Assembly (NCBI RefSeq): GCF_036365525.1
Contig: NC_090379.1
Span: 43,447,123 to 43,507,367 of the forward strand
Origin: Heterodontus francisci
Taxonomy: Eukaryota
Length of the DNA: 60,245 bases
Direction: 5' to 3'
Position numbers and translations under genes: made by a program. Within the stretch, counting starts at the first letter, position 1. Each line of letters opens with the position of its first letter. The notes beneath the pieces are model-generated. The model was not told the origin of the DNA, did no database searches, and saw nothing but the letters and a program-made list of their open reading frames with translations. Positions 36,372-48,552 of this stretch are shown one piece after another.

Positions 36372-37953
36372 GTAATTTGTGGTTAAAGAAATCACTAAAG
36401 AAAAAAATGGAATTTGAGGATCATAATTTACAGAAAAAAGCATTTTTAAGATACATAACATTCATGGAAAGCTCCTATTGTCGGTGAACTTTTGTAACAC
36501 TAACACTTGAGTCACCTGGAAGAGCAACTGAATGAAGGTTAGACACTTTCTCTTAACTGAGGGAATAACAAATAAAAAGGCAAGTTGCTTCAGGTCACAA
36601 TTGTGTTAAGGATAGGTTCAACGCAGACACAGATAGAGACCCAGGAGCTATTGGGAAACAATTCGCCATTGGTTCTGCTTTCATGCATTTGATCCACATG
36701 CTCTGCAGTGCAATAGCAAAATGAGGATTTTCATGTCATTTCCATTTTTTCCCCCACTCATTCTCAGAAGGACCAGACTCTTGTTACAATACAATTGCAA
36801 GCGTGCTAACCCTCCAGTATCACATCTAATATAGAGCTCTTCATGTTGGAGTTGAAATTGCTGGCTTTGCTATCCTTATACAAGTTCAACTTCCTTTCAA
36901 AGCACCCATAAAGTTTAACTCTTGTTATGAACTTCCTTTCAAAACATTTCAGGAATTCCAATTACTTTGCAGGTGTCTTTCACTGAGCAAAATCCTTTTC
37001 TCAGCTTTTCAAACACACAAGGCTGAATTTTATTGGGCACAGTGGCGCCCTTTAAACTCAACAGGGTGCCCGCATTCAGCAGCTGCCGAGGAGCCCCCAC
37101 GATATTTCGAGCGGGGGCTCATTTAAATAGTGGGGGCGGAACACCCGCCCCCAATGACGTGGGAGGACGGCCGGCCCATCCCTGGCAAGGCGTCCGGCAC
37201 CACCATGCAGGCGCCGGCACCATTTTTAAAGGGTTTTAAGCCCTTATAAATAATTTTAATGTTTAAAAGCAAAATATAGTCGAGTTTTATTTAACATAAA
37301 AGTAAGAATTGGAGGCCCTTCCCCAACCCCTCCCCATGGTCATTTCATTGTTAAATCAATGGATGGTCATTTTGGGCAAAGACCCAACCTTTCCCTCCAA
37401 CCTTCAATCTTTTGCCCTTCAACCCCTTCCCACCATCCAATTAAAATTGATTTCCCCACTCCTGCATCCCTCCCGCCTTTAATATTCTATTGCACCCCCC
37501 TCCCCACCAGGTTCTCACCCGGAACTCCATGTGGAATTCCAAAGGCACGCGGAGCATGAACGGCGGCTGTAATATCGGTGTGGGACAGCCGCCGCCTGCA
37601 GGCAAGTCTATTTGCATCTCATTTGGTACGATTTGCATATGTATATGAAGGGCCCGATGTTTGGTAGCGGCGGCTGACCGAGATCCCCGAGGCCGGCCAT
37701 TCTCTACATCGTGGGTCAAGGCGGGCCTCTCCCCGCAGGATTTTACCAGTCCCCACGCCACAATCCATGGCGTCGAGGGACCGGTAAAATTCAGCCCACA
37801 GAATTCTAAGTTTTCTTTTTTGAAAACAAAACTCTTGTAACAATCTCATTTCATCTACTTTAGGTTTATCAGTTAAATTTGTGATTATACTTTGCTTTTC
37901 ATTCTGAATTCACATGAGTTTTAAACTGTGGTTGAGAACACATAAAAGGATAT
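36372..37953 (-). other. POLE2: U12-type (minor spliceosome) AT-AC intron 8 of POLE2
   Basis: 5' end ATATCCTTT; branch-like TTCTTTAAC ending 10 nt before the exon; terminal AC. Splicing here gives the conserved DLGKA|QFHSGLY. Confidence 0.93.
37020..37797. mobile_element. PIF/Harbinger-type MITE inside the U12 intron
   Basis: TIR (A)GGCTGAATTTTA / TAAAATTCAGCCC; 3-bp TSD ACA. Confidence 0.8.
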
Positions 37954-38010
37954 GGCTTTGCCAAGGTCAAGTTGAACAGTTCCAGTTGGATCTTCAAGAA
38001 AGAATTTTCC
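37954..38010 (-). CDS. POLE2: POLE2 exon 8 (GKFFLEDPTGTVQLDLGKA)
   Basis: ag acceptor; 57 nt; followed by the U12 donor ATATCCTTT. Confidence 0.93.
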
Positions 38011-38867
38011 CTAAAACAGTAAATATAATTAACATTATAGTCCTTCAGCATTAATAACATTTTTTTAAACTGTCCATTTCATTTTTTGGATGTGCTGGAT
38101 TTCTTTTGAGATTAATACTTTAAAAAAAACACAGGAAAAGGTGGTAACAGTGACAACTGTTAGCATTACTTAAATTAGGACAATAAAAAGCTTTTTGCTC
38201 ACTCTCCCAAGTTTTCCTCTCAAGTCCTCCTCTCCTGCCTCATGGTGGGGTACAGTGTTACAGGCAGCAGCCCCCCTCGCCCGCCAACTAGTGTATCATG
38301 CCTGTGCGATCACTCTTCTTGTGATAGGTCTTCCTGTAATCATTTACTGTGCAGCCAATCACAAGAGTCACGACAAGTGAGCCCAAGCCACTTCTCACAT
38401 AGCATGTACAATTCCAACAGAGGTTTCTGGACACCAATCAATCTGCAGCAACCCTGGTCAACCTTTTCTGGGATTCTGAGGTCAACAGCAATGTTTCTAT
38501 CACCATCCAAGTTCTGATAGCAAACTTAATACAGATCAGGTATCAAATCTGGGATCCTACTAGTTTGTATGGTTCAATTCCACATTATGTAGCAATGATT
38601 TTAAGCAACTTCAGCGTAATTGCATTTAAAATATCTGAGTTCCTTCTGCATCAGTTCAAAATCCAAAGAGAGGGGAAAACATGGACAAATATCCAGATCC
38701 AATTGCTGCATAAAAAGCAGACACTGAGCTGCTCCAGTACGCAATGAACCTATCACTTTACATTTGCCCTACAGTTGTTCATTTTATTGCAGAGTAACAT
38801 TGTTGTGTTTCAGTGCAACCTGAAACCAAATTCCTAGTAATATAAACTTAATCACAGTTCAGCCTAC

Positions 38868-38951
38868 CTCTTTAAGTTGTGTTATCATCCCCAGAACAAT
38901 GACTTCTCCAACCTTTGATGTGCTGCCAAGGAGCGTTTCTATAGTTTTTAG
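38868..38951 (-). CDS. POLE2: POLE2 exon 7 ([28 protein letters not shown])
   Basis: ag/gt bounded, 84 nt. Confidence 0.95.
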
Positions 38952-39236
38952 CTAAAAATAAAGCAGCAAGTCTGAAAAATCAACATTACAACTTTAAAAA
39001 TCATTTTCTTCCTTACTTTGTACGGTGGAATTACTTGCAGCCCATCTCCCAGAGGCAATTTAAACAAGGTCCCCACTTCACTTTCCCCTTAATGCAAATC
39101 ATTATCAAACACTATCCAAAAAGGGAATATTTTGGTAATTAGGTGCAGCAGAAATTGCAGAATAATGACACCCTTTTTCAAATTACTATAGTGGTTTGCT
39201 TTGTAGATAATGGAAAGAATCAACATAAAAATACCT

Positions 39237-39444
39237 AAATAAAAGCAAAATACTGCGGATGCTGGAAATCTGAAACAAAAACAAGAAATGCTGGATTCAC
39301 TCAGCAGGTCTGGCAGCATCTGTGGAAAGAGAAGCAGAGTTAACGTTTCGGGTCAGTGACCCTTCTTCCGAAACGTTAACTCTGCTTCTCTTTCCACAGA
39401 TGCTGCCAGACCTGCTGAGTGAATCCAGCATTTCTTGCTTTTGT
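39237..39444. mobile_element. Palindromic Penelope pLTR-only mini-insertion
   Basis: Perfect 70-bp inverted repeat (39282-39351 / 39368-39437); 15-bp TSD AACATAAAAATACCT. Confidence 0.85.
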
Positions 39445-39946
39445 AACATAAAAATACCTGTTCTTTGTTGATCCACCCCATGCAAGATTGTTGGTCTATG
39501 GTAATCATTTGACATTAAATATGGGTTAGGGATTACCATGAACATCCTTCGTTGAGTGGCCACTGTATGGCATCCAACCCTGAATTGCATATTATAAGTG
39601 GCCTCCAGCTGAAACAGGCAAGTTCTTTGGCTGCTACCAAAGATGGTGGCAACTGGAGCACGAGTGTAAATAGGGTGTTAAACGATCCAATGCCATTTTC
39701 AGGCTGATCCCAATCTGTTTATCCTGGGTGGGGGTCCTTAAAGTCTCCCCAAAGCATGTAAAAGATAAAAGAGGACAAAAATTGATAGAAAGAAAATAAG
39801 AGTGAGGGTCAAGCGGAGACACAATTATAAGAAACACAAATTTTATTTGCTTTTTGTCTATGGGAAGTGCCACAGTTCATTTGGTAAAGACAATTAACAT
39901 TTATATCTGAAAAATAAGAATTGTTGAGAAACATTTGACATCTTAC

Positions 39947-40021
39947 TTGAAATTTATTCCTGTTCTCATCAGGGTGTGATCCTGTCACAGGAGGTGTAAA
40001 TAACTCGTGCCTATGCATTCG
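39947..40021 (-). CDS. POLE2: POLE2 exon 6 (RMHRHELFTPPVTGSHPDENRNKFQ)
   Basis: ag/gt bounded, 75 nt; inside ORF 39809..40033. Confidence 0.95.
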
Positions 40022-40788
40022 CTGCAAAATCAAGTGTTAGTGTGTAAGAGACGCAACGAGTTGTTTAGCAATTCTACAGTCACCTATCTTTTCTCAAAGT
40101 CTAAATATGGAGGCTACCCCCATAAAAATGATTTGTATTAAACGGAAACCAGTAACCCTTCCCCAAGTTTCTCCCCAAGAACTGGCACAGGCACAATGGA
40201 CCAAATGGCCTACTCCTGTGCTGTATGATTCTAATGCAGAATTAAACCTTTCCCTGTTGAGGTATCAAATGTACTTATACTAAATGATGCCGGTGTTCTG
40301 TAGTAGTTCAGGACTTTTGTGTGAATGATAAGTACTTTCTACATTTCTATTAGGTTGCTTTGTGGAAGCAATTTTATTTATATATGTGCAGAAGAGAGAT
40401 GTTCAACAAACAATTTTAAAGCCAAAAATATCTTGCTGTGATGAATAATTTTATTTTGTTAATATGGGAACCAAGCTTCATAGGAGTCACCTTTTTGTTT
40501 CCAGTTCTATTTTACCCAAAATAAATAAAGTCCTTGTGAGTCTTAAGGAAGTTGGGTTAACTCTGTGCCGTTATGACTCTATGAAATTCATTGGAGTTGT
40601 GTAATTTTCCATATTGTATCTGAAGTATACACGAAAATTATTTCTAATCCTTTATACTTCAAATGCACAATTGCAATCTTCCACCAAATACTACAGCTGT
40701 ATGCATTGAAGTGATTTGTTTGCAAATGATGTTCTGTCTCTTAAAATAAAAAGTATGTGCAGGTTTTATTTTTCTCGCTCTCCGTTAC

Positions 40789-40882
40789 CTGTTGCATAAT
40801 AGTGTAGCGCTCACAAAAAAGTTCAGCTTTATTCCTGGCAGTTCCAAACAGACAAGGCGCACTGCGATCCGTCATTGCAAGA
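40789..40882 (-). CDS. POLE2: POLE2 exon 5 ([31 protein letters not shown])
   Basis: ag/gt bounded, 94 nt. Confidence 0.95.
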
Positions 40883-41314
40883 CTGCAGTACATAAACAAG
40901 ATTTTAGTAAAAATCCTTGATTATTTTTTAAAAGTTCATTTATTTTGCATATGTTTTACCAAGTTCACAAAGAAAATAACACAATCTAATTGATGCACAA
41001 CCACCCAGGAAAGGTGACAAAATGTCTGAAAAATCTTGGTATGTTAATGCTTTAAATTGCATCCTTTTTTACCTGCTTATTTTGTTTATTGTTTTTTGGA
41101 TTCTTTCAGCATTTGGGAAGCCTAGGCCTACTTTGTTTTGATATTCCATGGATGTTTGTCAACTTGATGGAATCATGAGAGATGTATTAAGTATTAGGGT
41201 ACTCTCGACCCCCTCCCCATGCCTGTGTAGGCCATCAGTACAAGAGGTATGCAGCAGAAAATGAAAGATTTCCTAGTTTAGTCATTGATTTCAAATGTAA
41301 GTAACTAACTCAAG

Positions 41315-42477
41315 GGGCTGGATTTTAACAGCCCGCCACCAGAATCAGCAGTGGGCGGAAAGATTTGCATCCCGCATGCACGGGCCACACATCATGGTGC
41401 CGCCGCGATTGCAAATGCAGCGGCTCATTAGCATGGCATCAGGGCAACCCCCCCCGCAATGATACGGAGGGGGCAGGATGCCTCCGACACTGGCAATCCG
41501 ACATGTGCAGGTATGTCATGCGGGGCCTGTAGACCCGCTGTGTTCTTTGGAGTCAAAAGCGCGTTGGTGGCTGCTGCTGCTCCCTTCCATGAGCTTCCAC
41601 ATGGACTGTGCTTGCCTGTTGGGTCGACCTCCGGCAGATGTAGCTCCTCACGGCACTTGGATCAAGAGACACAGGATGGACTAGCCCCATCTGAACGCTG
41701 CAGGTGAACTCGGTGCCTTCAGTGGGCCAATGGCACCTATCAGGGCAGACAGTGATGTACATTGGTGCTTCAGCTGCGTTTCATCATCACCTATATGGTA
41801 TGGGATGACATAGCCCATACTAGCTTTGCATGAAAGCGGGGCAGCATGAACACGGTCATGTTACTGACACTGCAAGGATGCAACATGACCTTTGACCCCA
41901 GACCATTTTTGGCCCATACTGCACACAGAAGGGATCATGGAGTGCTATTGCTCCCCCCTCCCCCAAACAGCGTTGGTTGAGTGCAGGGCCAGCCCCCTTC
42001 ACCCCCACCCCCCCCCCCGCCAAATGCTAGCATGCGCAGAGTTGGCCCTCTTTACGGTAGAAAGGCGCAGGGTCCTTCCCTTATTTCATGCAGAGTTATG
42101 TCCCAGTCATCGGAGACCCCCACCCACCCGCCTTTGTCTGCTCAGAGGACTGACGCTTCATTGCCACCAGCTCTTCACAGACGTGAACGTGAAGGCATGT
42201 GAGTGCCGCATGTCCGAAGGAAGATTGAAACCTGAATCGCTGCGGCCTGCATATTAATGTATGGTAAGTATCCATTTACAGATTTTAATGCAGACCCCGT
42301 CGCCAAGCGACAGGGCGGCTACCTCAAGGCCTTGCCGCCGCCAAGATTGGTATGGGGCCTGCCAGCGTCGTGGTCGGTGGCAGGCCTCCTCCATTGCTGT
42401 CTTCATTGCACCCCCCCCCCCCCCCCACCCCACCCCCGGCAACATTCCCGCATCGGAGAGCCTTTAAAATCCAGCCC
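41315..42477 (-). mobile_element. PIF/Harbinger internal-deletion derivative with transposase N-terminal remnant
   Basis: TIR GGGCTGGATTTTAA / TTAAAATCCAGCCC; TSD AAG. Minus-strand RVYRPRMTYLHMSDCQCRR (~41480-41540) resembles the Harbinger transposase N-terminus. Confidence 0.78.
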
Positions 42478-42992
42478 AAGGAGTCAGAATCTAGACTTTG
42501 TGAAAGTGGTGAGTTAGAGCATAAAATTCCAAGAGATTCAGTGAGCGAAAGGCTGAATTTTTTCTTCGATTCGATTATACCTTTACACATAGGAAAAATT
42601 AGATGGGTTTCATGGCACTGTGATATTGGACCTCAAGGGTGACCCACTTACTTTTGCTATGCAAGCTGAAAAGAGGCCAGCCGGGACTAACAGGGTACTG
42701 AAGCAGCTAAGGACATTTTCAAGAAATGACTAAACTTCATGGAACATGTGAAAGAAAAACATAACTTATGATAAACTACTGGAACATTGGTCTGTTGAAC
42801 TTTTATCAAATACACCAGTTTGCCAACATAATTAGGGCTTTTGGGAATCATATAAAAGCAGAGCTTCAAAGCAATCCATGTCATCACAAATCTGAATGTT
42901 AAGAACAATATTTCCAAGAATAAGTCAAACACAGTTCAAGCAAAATTATGTACTGTCTGGGCTTCTAAATAAAGAAAATTAGTAAAACTCAC

Positions 42993-43070
42993 GGTAAAAA
43001 CTTCTTCCTTTCTGAATTGTAGATATAACGAGGGACATCAAATGCACCAATTATATTGAAAACGTGTTCT
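42993..43070 (-). CDS. POLE2: POLE2 exon 4 ([25 protein letters not shown])
   Basis: ag/gt bounded, 78 nt. Confidence 0.95.
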
Positions 43071-43204
43071 CTGTAAATGTAAGGGCACAATTGTTAAAAC
43101 AACTAACCTAACTAAAAATATAATTCTACATTTTGTTGTTGTAATTGGTTGAACTGATGAATGTAACATATCTTCAGTGGTGATCTAATAAATCTAGTAA
43201 ATAT

Positions 43205-44125
43205 AGTATTTCCATGTTCGCAGATGACACAAAACAAGGTGGAAATGTGTGTTGTAAGGAAGGTGCAAAGCGGCTTCAAGGGGATTTGGACAGACTTAGT
43301 GAGTGAGTAAGCAAGTGGCAGATGGAATTTAATGTGGAAAATGTGAGGTTATCCACTCTGGTAGGAGGAACAGATGTGAAGAGTATTTCTTAAATGGTAA
43401 GAGATTAGAAAGTGTAGATGTATAAAGGGACCTGGGTGTCCTTGTCATTAAGTCACTGAAAGCTAACATGCAGGTGCAGCAAGCAGTTAAGAAGGCTAAT
43501 GGTATGTTAGCCTTTATCGCAAGAGGATTTGAGTACAGGAATAGTGAAGTCTTGCTTCAATTGTATAGAACCTTGATTAGACCGCACTTGGAGTAGTGTG
43601 CAGTTTTGGTCCCCTTACCTTAGGAAGGATATTATTGCCATAAAGGGAGTGCAACGAAGGTTCACCAGACTTGTTCCCGGGATGGCGGGACTGGCCTATG
43701 AAGAGAGATTGGGGAAACTGGGCCTGTATTCTCTCGAGTTTTGAAGAATGAGAGGTGATCTCATTGAAACCTACAAAATACTTAAAGGGATAGACAGGGT
43801 AGATGCAGCTAAGATATTTCCCCTGGTTGGGGAGTCTAGAACCAGGGGACACAATTTCAAAATAAGGGGGAAGCCACTTGAGAGACGAGGAGAAATTTCT
43901 TTACTCAGAGGGTTGTGAAGCTTTGGAATTCTCTACCCCAGAGGGCTTTGTAAGCTCAGTCATTGATTATGTTTAAAGCAGAGATTGACAGATTTCTAAA
44001 TACAAATGACATAAGGGGATATGAGGATAGTGTGGGAAAAAGGCATTGAAGTGGATGATCAGCCATGATCATATTGAATGGCAGGGCAGGCTCGATGGGC
44101 TGAATGGCCTACTCCTGCTCCTATG
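43205..44125 (+). mobile_element. CR1 (HER1-like) LINE 3' end
   Basis: Runs from FADDTK coding sequence to tail ...gaatggcctactcctgctcctatg. Confidence 0.9.
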
Positions 44126-44624
44126 ATCTCCCATGGCTTTGCTGAAACAAAAGAGCTGTATCTCACTCTGCTTCCCTTCCACTCGTTTGTAATTTACTTA
44201 TTCTCCCACTTCTCTTTCTGTATGCTTCTCACAACATTACACTGTGTTTCTATTTTTCTGACTCTTTTATCCTCCTACTCTGGCAATTGCAGGTTTGCTA
44301 TCTGGGAGTAGCAGCAAAATATGCATGACAGGAATTAAGGGTTTGAGGTCAATGCCGGAATGGAGTGAGTCATGAGGACCAGAAAGCAGGCAGAAGCCAT
44401 GGCTGGCACAAAAAGCACCTTTATTTCCCCTCTTTATCAGCCAAGAATCTGATCTGCATGGAAAACCATCACCAAGTTTGAAAATATCTAAGTCAGGCGA
44501 CTGAGAAATTCATATAGCTAAGAGTTTTGGATGTTCAATACGGAGTGCATATGGTCTCCCAGAAGTGACACATTCTACTTAACTACGTACAGTTGTCTGA
44601 ACCAAAGCTTAGGGACCCCAGCCC

Positions 44625-44845
44625 AAATATGGAATTTGCTACCACATGTTGTGGTTGAGATGACAGGCAAACATGCATTTAGGGGGGAAGCTAGAGAAGT
44701 ACCAGAGGAGAAAGGAATAGAAGGATATGTTGATTGGATGAGATCAAGTAGGGTGGGAGGAAGCTCATGTGGAGCATAAAACACTGACATAGATCAGTTG
44801 GGCCTAATGGCCTGTTCCTGTGCCATAAAATCAATGTAATGTTAT
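44625..44845 (+). mobile_element. CR1-type 3' tail fragment
   Basis: ...ttgggcctaatggcctgttcctgtgc tail. Confidence 0.55.
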
Positions 44846-45967
44846 GTAACCGTCATGCCAAATTTGAGTATCTTCATTAGCTAATTCAATATGATGAAAG
44901 GCACCTTGCCATGTGTCTAAGCACAATGCCCTGTCCCAGGTTGTATCGCCAACTGCTTAATCCAGGTCCTCGTATGATGGGCTTTGGCAGAGATATATTT
45001 TCCATGAGACTATCTTACCCAAGGTACTGAGTGATAGGTCGGTGGATCTCACACATAGGAATGAAATAGAAGGACTTTCTCTAGTCCAGGGACTCTGAAC
45101 CCTGAAGGAGAACTGTTTAAACAGGCCTTGTACCACACAAACTTAGACTGAAGTGGAACTCTGCTATTATTGAAGTGCCGTTCGGCCCCTCCTTAGGGAG
45201 GTGGTGAAAGAATCTGCACCAGGTGATCAAAGTACCAATATAACTGTAGATCGATCTACCCCATTAATTCCCACTTTAATGACCCTCCCAGCCTCATGGC
45301 ATTCTGCATCACGATTCTGCAGCACCTCTTGAATGCTACAGAGACTTCAGGGAACTATTTAAAAGGGCCTCCGCTTTTTCCTATTAGTTCTCTTTTCTTT
45401 GTAAGTGCTTAGCTATGAGCAGCTAGCAAAATATAGTTTTAATTTGTTTGTGACTACAACTGCAAAGGCAAACCCGTTTGTATTGGCAGGAATCTTTGTT
45501 GTGCATTGGATGCACCTGTAAAGGTTGATCCACAGTCTTCACTTGTATTGGTTCCTCCAGGACACATTATAACACACTTCATAGAGAAATAAACTGGGAA
45601 TGAAAGGCTAAGTCAGGAAGTAAACATAGGGCAAGCCTGGACGCTGACGAGTGAGGGGAAAGAACTCTGAAACAGAGGTAGGATGATAGAAAATCACAGC
45701 TTTTGCATGCATGTGTGCATGTTGGGGTGTAATTACCCCCTTAACACTCAAATTGATTGAATTTTAAGATTTCCAATACTCCCAATTATTTTAGTGAATG
45801 GATGTTCCCCAAATTATTAAAAAGACTGCACTTTTGTTTAATAGAAGTGGAAATGCAACATTGCCAAGGCATATATTTTATATAACAAGTTTGAAAGCTA
45901 GAAAATTGTTGAGATTGCCATATCCATTTCAGGTCAATATAATACATAAATCTTCTAGTTGACCTAC

Positions 45968-46043
45968 ATAGTTTCATCACATGTCTGACTGCACTCCTGG
46001 ACTGCTGCCTCCACCATTGATTGCTCGATCATGTTGCACTTCA
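45968..46043 (-). CDS. POLE2: POLE2 exon 3 (LKCNMIEQSMVEAAVQECSQTCDET)
   Basis: ag/gt bounded, 76 nt. Confidence 0.93.
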
Positions 46044-46209
46044 CTGAAAAGTAGAAACAGACAAATCAAAGGATTGCGTTAACTTTATTTAGCTATAGTA
46101 TGCAACAACTGAATCAGGATTTTTTAAAAATTAGAACACGCAGGTATCCAATACACATGAATCCCTATCATATAGGTAAGGACTCCAACTCAAGCCACTG
46201 CGAAATCTA

Positions 46210-46695
46210 CAACTCCAAAACTTTGTTGCCCATATGCTAACTCACAACAAGTCTCGTTCGCCCATGTCCCCTGTGCTCACTGACCTATGTTGGCTCCCCA
46301 TCCAGCAATGCCTCAATTTTGAAATTCTCATCCTTGTCTTCAAATACCACCATTGCCTTGTCCCATCCTATCTCTATAACCTCCTCCAGCCCTACAAACT
46401 TTCAAGATCTTTGCACTCCTCCAATTCTGGCCTCCTGCACATCCCTGATATTAATAGCTCTACCACTGGTGGCTGTTCTTTAGCTGCCTAGGCCCCAAGC
46501 TCTGAAATTCCCTCCATAAACTTCTCTCCCCTCTTTTAAGATGCTTGTGAAAACCTACCACTTTGACCAAGCATTTGGTCATCTATCCTAATTTATCATT
46601 ATGTGGCTCTGTCAAATTTTGTTGAATGGCACTTTGGTGAAGTGCCTTGGGACATTTTACTACATTAAAAGGTACTAGATAAATGCAAGTTGTTG
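46210..46695 (+). mobile_element. L2-type LINE 3' end
   Basis: ORF remnant SPMSPVLTDLCWLPIQQCLNFEILILVFK; tail ...ataaatgcaagttgttg. Confidence 0.8.
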
Positions 46696-46947
46696 CATAC
46701 CCCAGTTCCACAACTAAAATCTCAGTATAGATGCACAGAACCAAAAGCAACTCTGACTGGGATAAAGGCACTGAAACCCATCCGAGTAATGCTCCAAAAT
46801 CCAACCGTTATCATTGCATGCAGTAGAATAATTTTCCTATTACAAAAGATAATGCCAAGGACTGAAAACCATATTTCATCCCACTTAGAGTTGATCAACA
46901 ATAGATTTCATGTCCTCACTTGTTCAGAATTTGCAATAATTACTTAC

Positions 46948-47048
46948 GTGGCTGTTTTTCAACTGCATCTATGATGCGTTCAATTGCATCTTCAAGCTCC
47001 AACTCATTGACTGACTCAAGGACATCCACAAGAAATCTGGCAGCATTA
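46948..47048 (-). CDS. POLE2: POLE2 exon 2 (NAARFLVDVLESVNELELEDAIERIIDAVEKQP)
   Basis: ag/gt bounded, 101 nt, frame continuous. Confidence 0.93.
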
Positions 47049-47204
47049 CTAATCATAGGGAAATAAAACAAACAGTGGAAAATTAGGAATGCTTTGCAAT
47101 ACTAGCCATCATAGTTTACTGTGGTAGGAAACATAAGATCATAGTTTGTTTAGAAAGTGGAAATTAGGAATTTATCCACAGCACATACAAAATATTTCTT
47201 TAAA

Positions 47205-47440
47205 AGGTTATTGTAGGTTAATCTTTTTGGAATTCTCTACACCAGAGTGCAGTGGAGGGTGGGTCATTGAATATAGTCAAAGCTGAGTTAGACAGATTTT
47301 TGATCTACAAGGGAGTGAAGGGTAATGGGGCGCAGGTAGGAAAGTGGAGTTAAGGCCACGATCAGATCAGCGATGATCTCACAGAATGGCAGAGCAGGCT
47401 CGAGGGGCCGAGTGGCCTATTCCTACTCCTATTTATGTTC
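47205..47440 (+). mobile_element. CR1 3' tail fragment
   Basis: Matches 43910-44125. Confidence 0.75.
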
Positions 47441-48289
47441 TTAACAAACTAGTTGTTGCTTATAAAACAATACCCAGGAGGCAACCTCCATTTCCAGTTA
47501 TTTTATAAATGTTCAATTTGAGCTCCTCCGAAATCAGTCTTGATGAACCTTTTAAAAAAATTAAGGAGCACAATTTTCTATAATTACTACTGTATGTACG
47601 TGGGACAAAACTAAAAACAGCTCACGTAACAATACTTAAAGTCTGATTTTTTTTTTTGTAGAGTGGTATGGCATGAAGTTCTTCTACTTTCTCAATTTCA
47701 CTATGATTACAGATTTCTCCAGGACATACACTTTCACAACAGAACACCGGTGACCTCCAGGCAATCCAACAAAAGCACACTTCAGACATCTGTTAGGCAA
47801 TGCACAGTAGTAGCTCCAACCATAGTTTTCCCTCAAAATCTCCCTTCTTCTCAAAGCCTAGGTGGCAAATGGCATCCACTAGGTACTTCCAAGCTGCAAC
47901 ATGATTGAGATCAGCAACTAAACAGAATTGGGGAAATCACATCTGCATCATCCTACTCTGTAGAACACCTGTGATGCTTCACCACACTGCATCACCATGG
48001 TTCTTTAAGAATATTTTTTATTTTTCTGGAATCTAGTTTGTCATTCAATCAGCTCTCTCCCTGTGCAATCTTTTAAAAATGACTCATTTTAATATTTGAA
48101 TTAAATTTATATGGAGCATTTTTCTTTAAAATACCTCAACAGAACAATTGTTCCTTACATCACATCATACTTAGTATCTACTTTTAAAGGTACATTTCTG
48201 CATGCAGCTGTTTCCATCAACTCTCAGTCAGGGATATACTTCTTTTCAAAGGTTTACTTTTAACCTTTATGTTGTTTTCCCAATCACAG

Positions 48290-48552
48290 CCAGGCCATCT
48301 CCAGAATTAACTTCTCTTCCCACTCCCAAGTCATTACCTCTGGAATCCCACAAGCATCCCCATTCCAGGAATCAATCCAGTGAACCCTCGTTGTACTCCC
48401 TCTAAGGCAAGTATATCCTTCCTTAGGTAAGGAAACCAAAACTATATAGTACTCCAGGTGTGGTCTCACAAAGGTCCTATCTAATTGCAGCAAGACCCCT
48501 TTAGACTTATAGATCAATCTTTTTGTAATAAAGGCTAACATACCATTAGCTT
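48290..48552 (-). mobile_element. Degenerate CR1 fragment
   Basis: ORF 48284..48541: MLAFITK...VRPHLEY. Confidence 0.7.

Noticed and set aside
44840-45574. Possible solo LTR (TGTTAT...ATAACA, internal TATTTAAAA)
   Set aside because: No TSD, and the left end overlaps the CR1 tail microsatellite; insufficient evidence.
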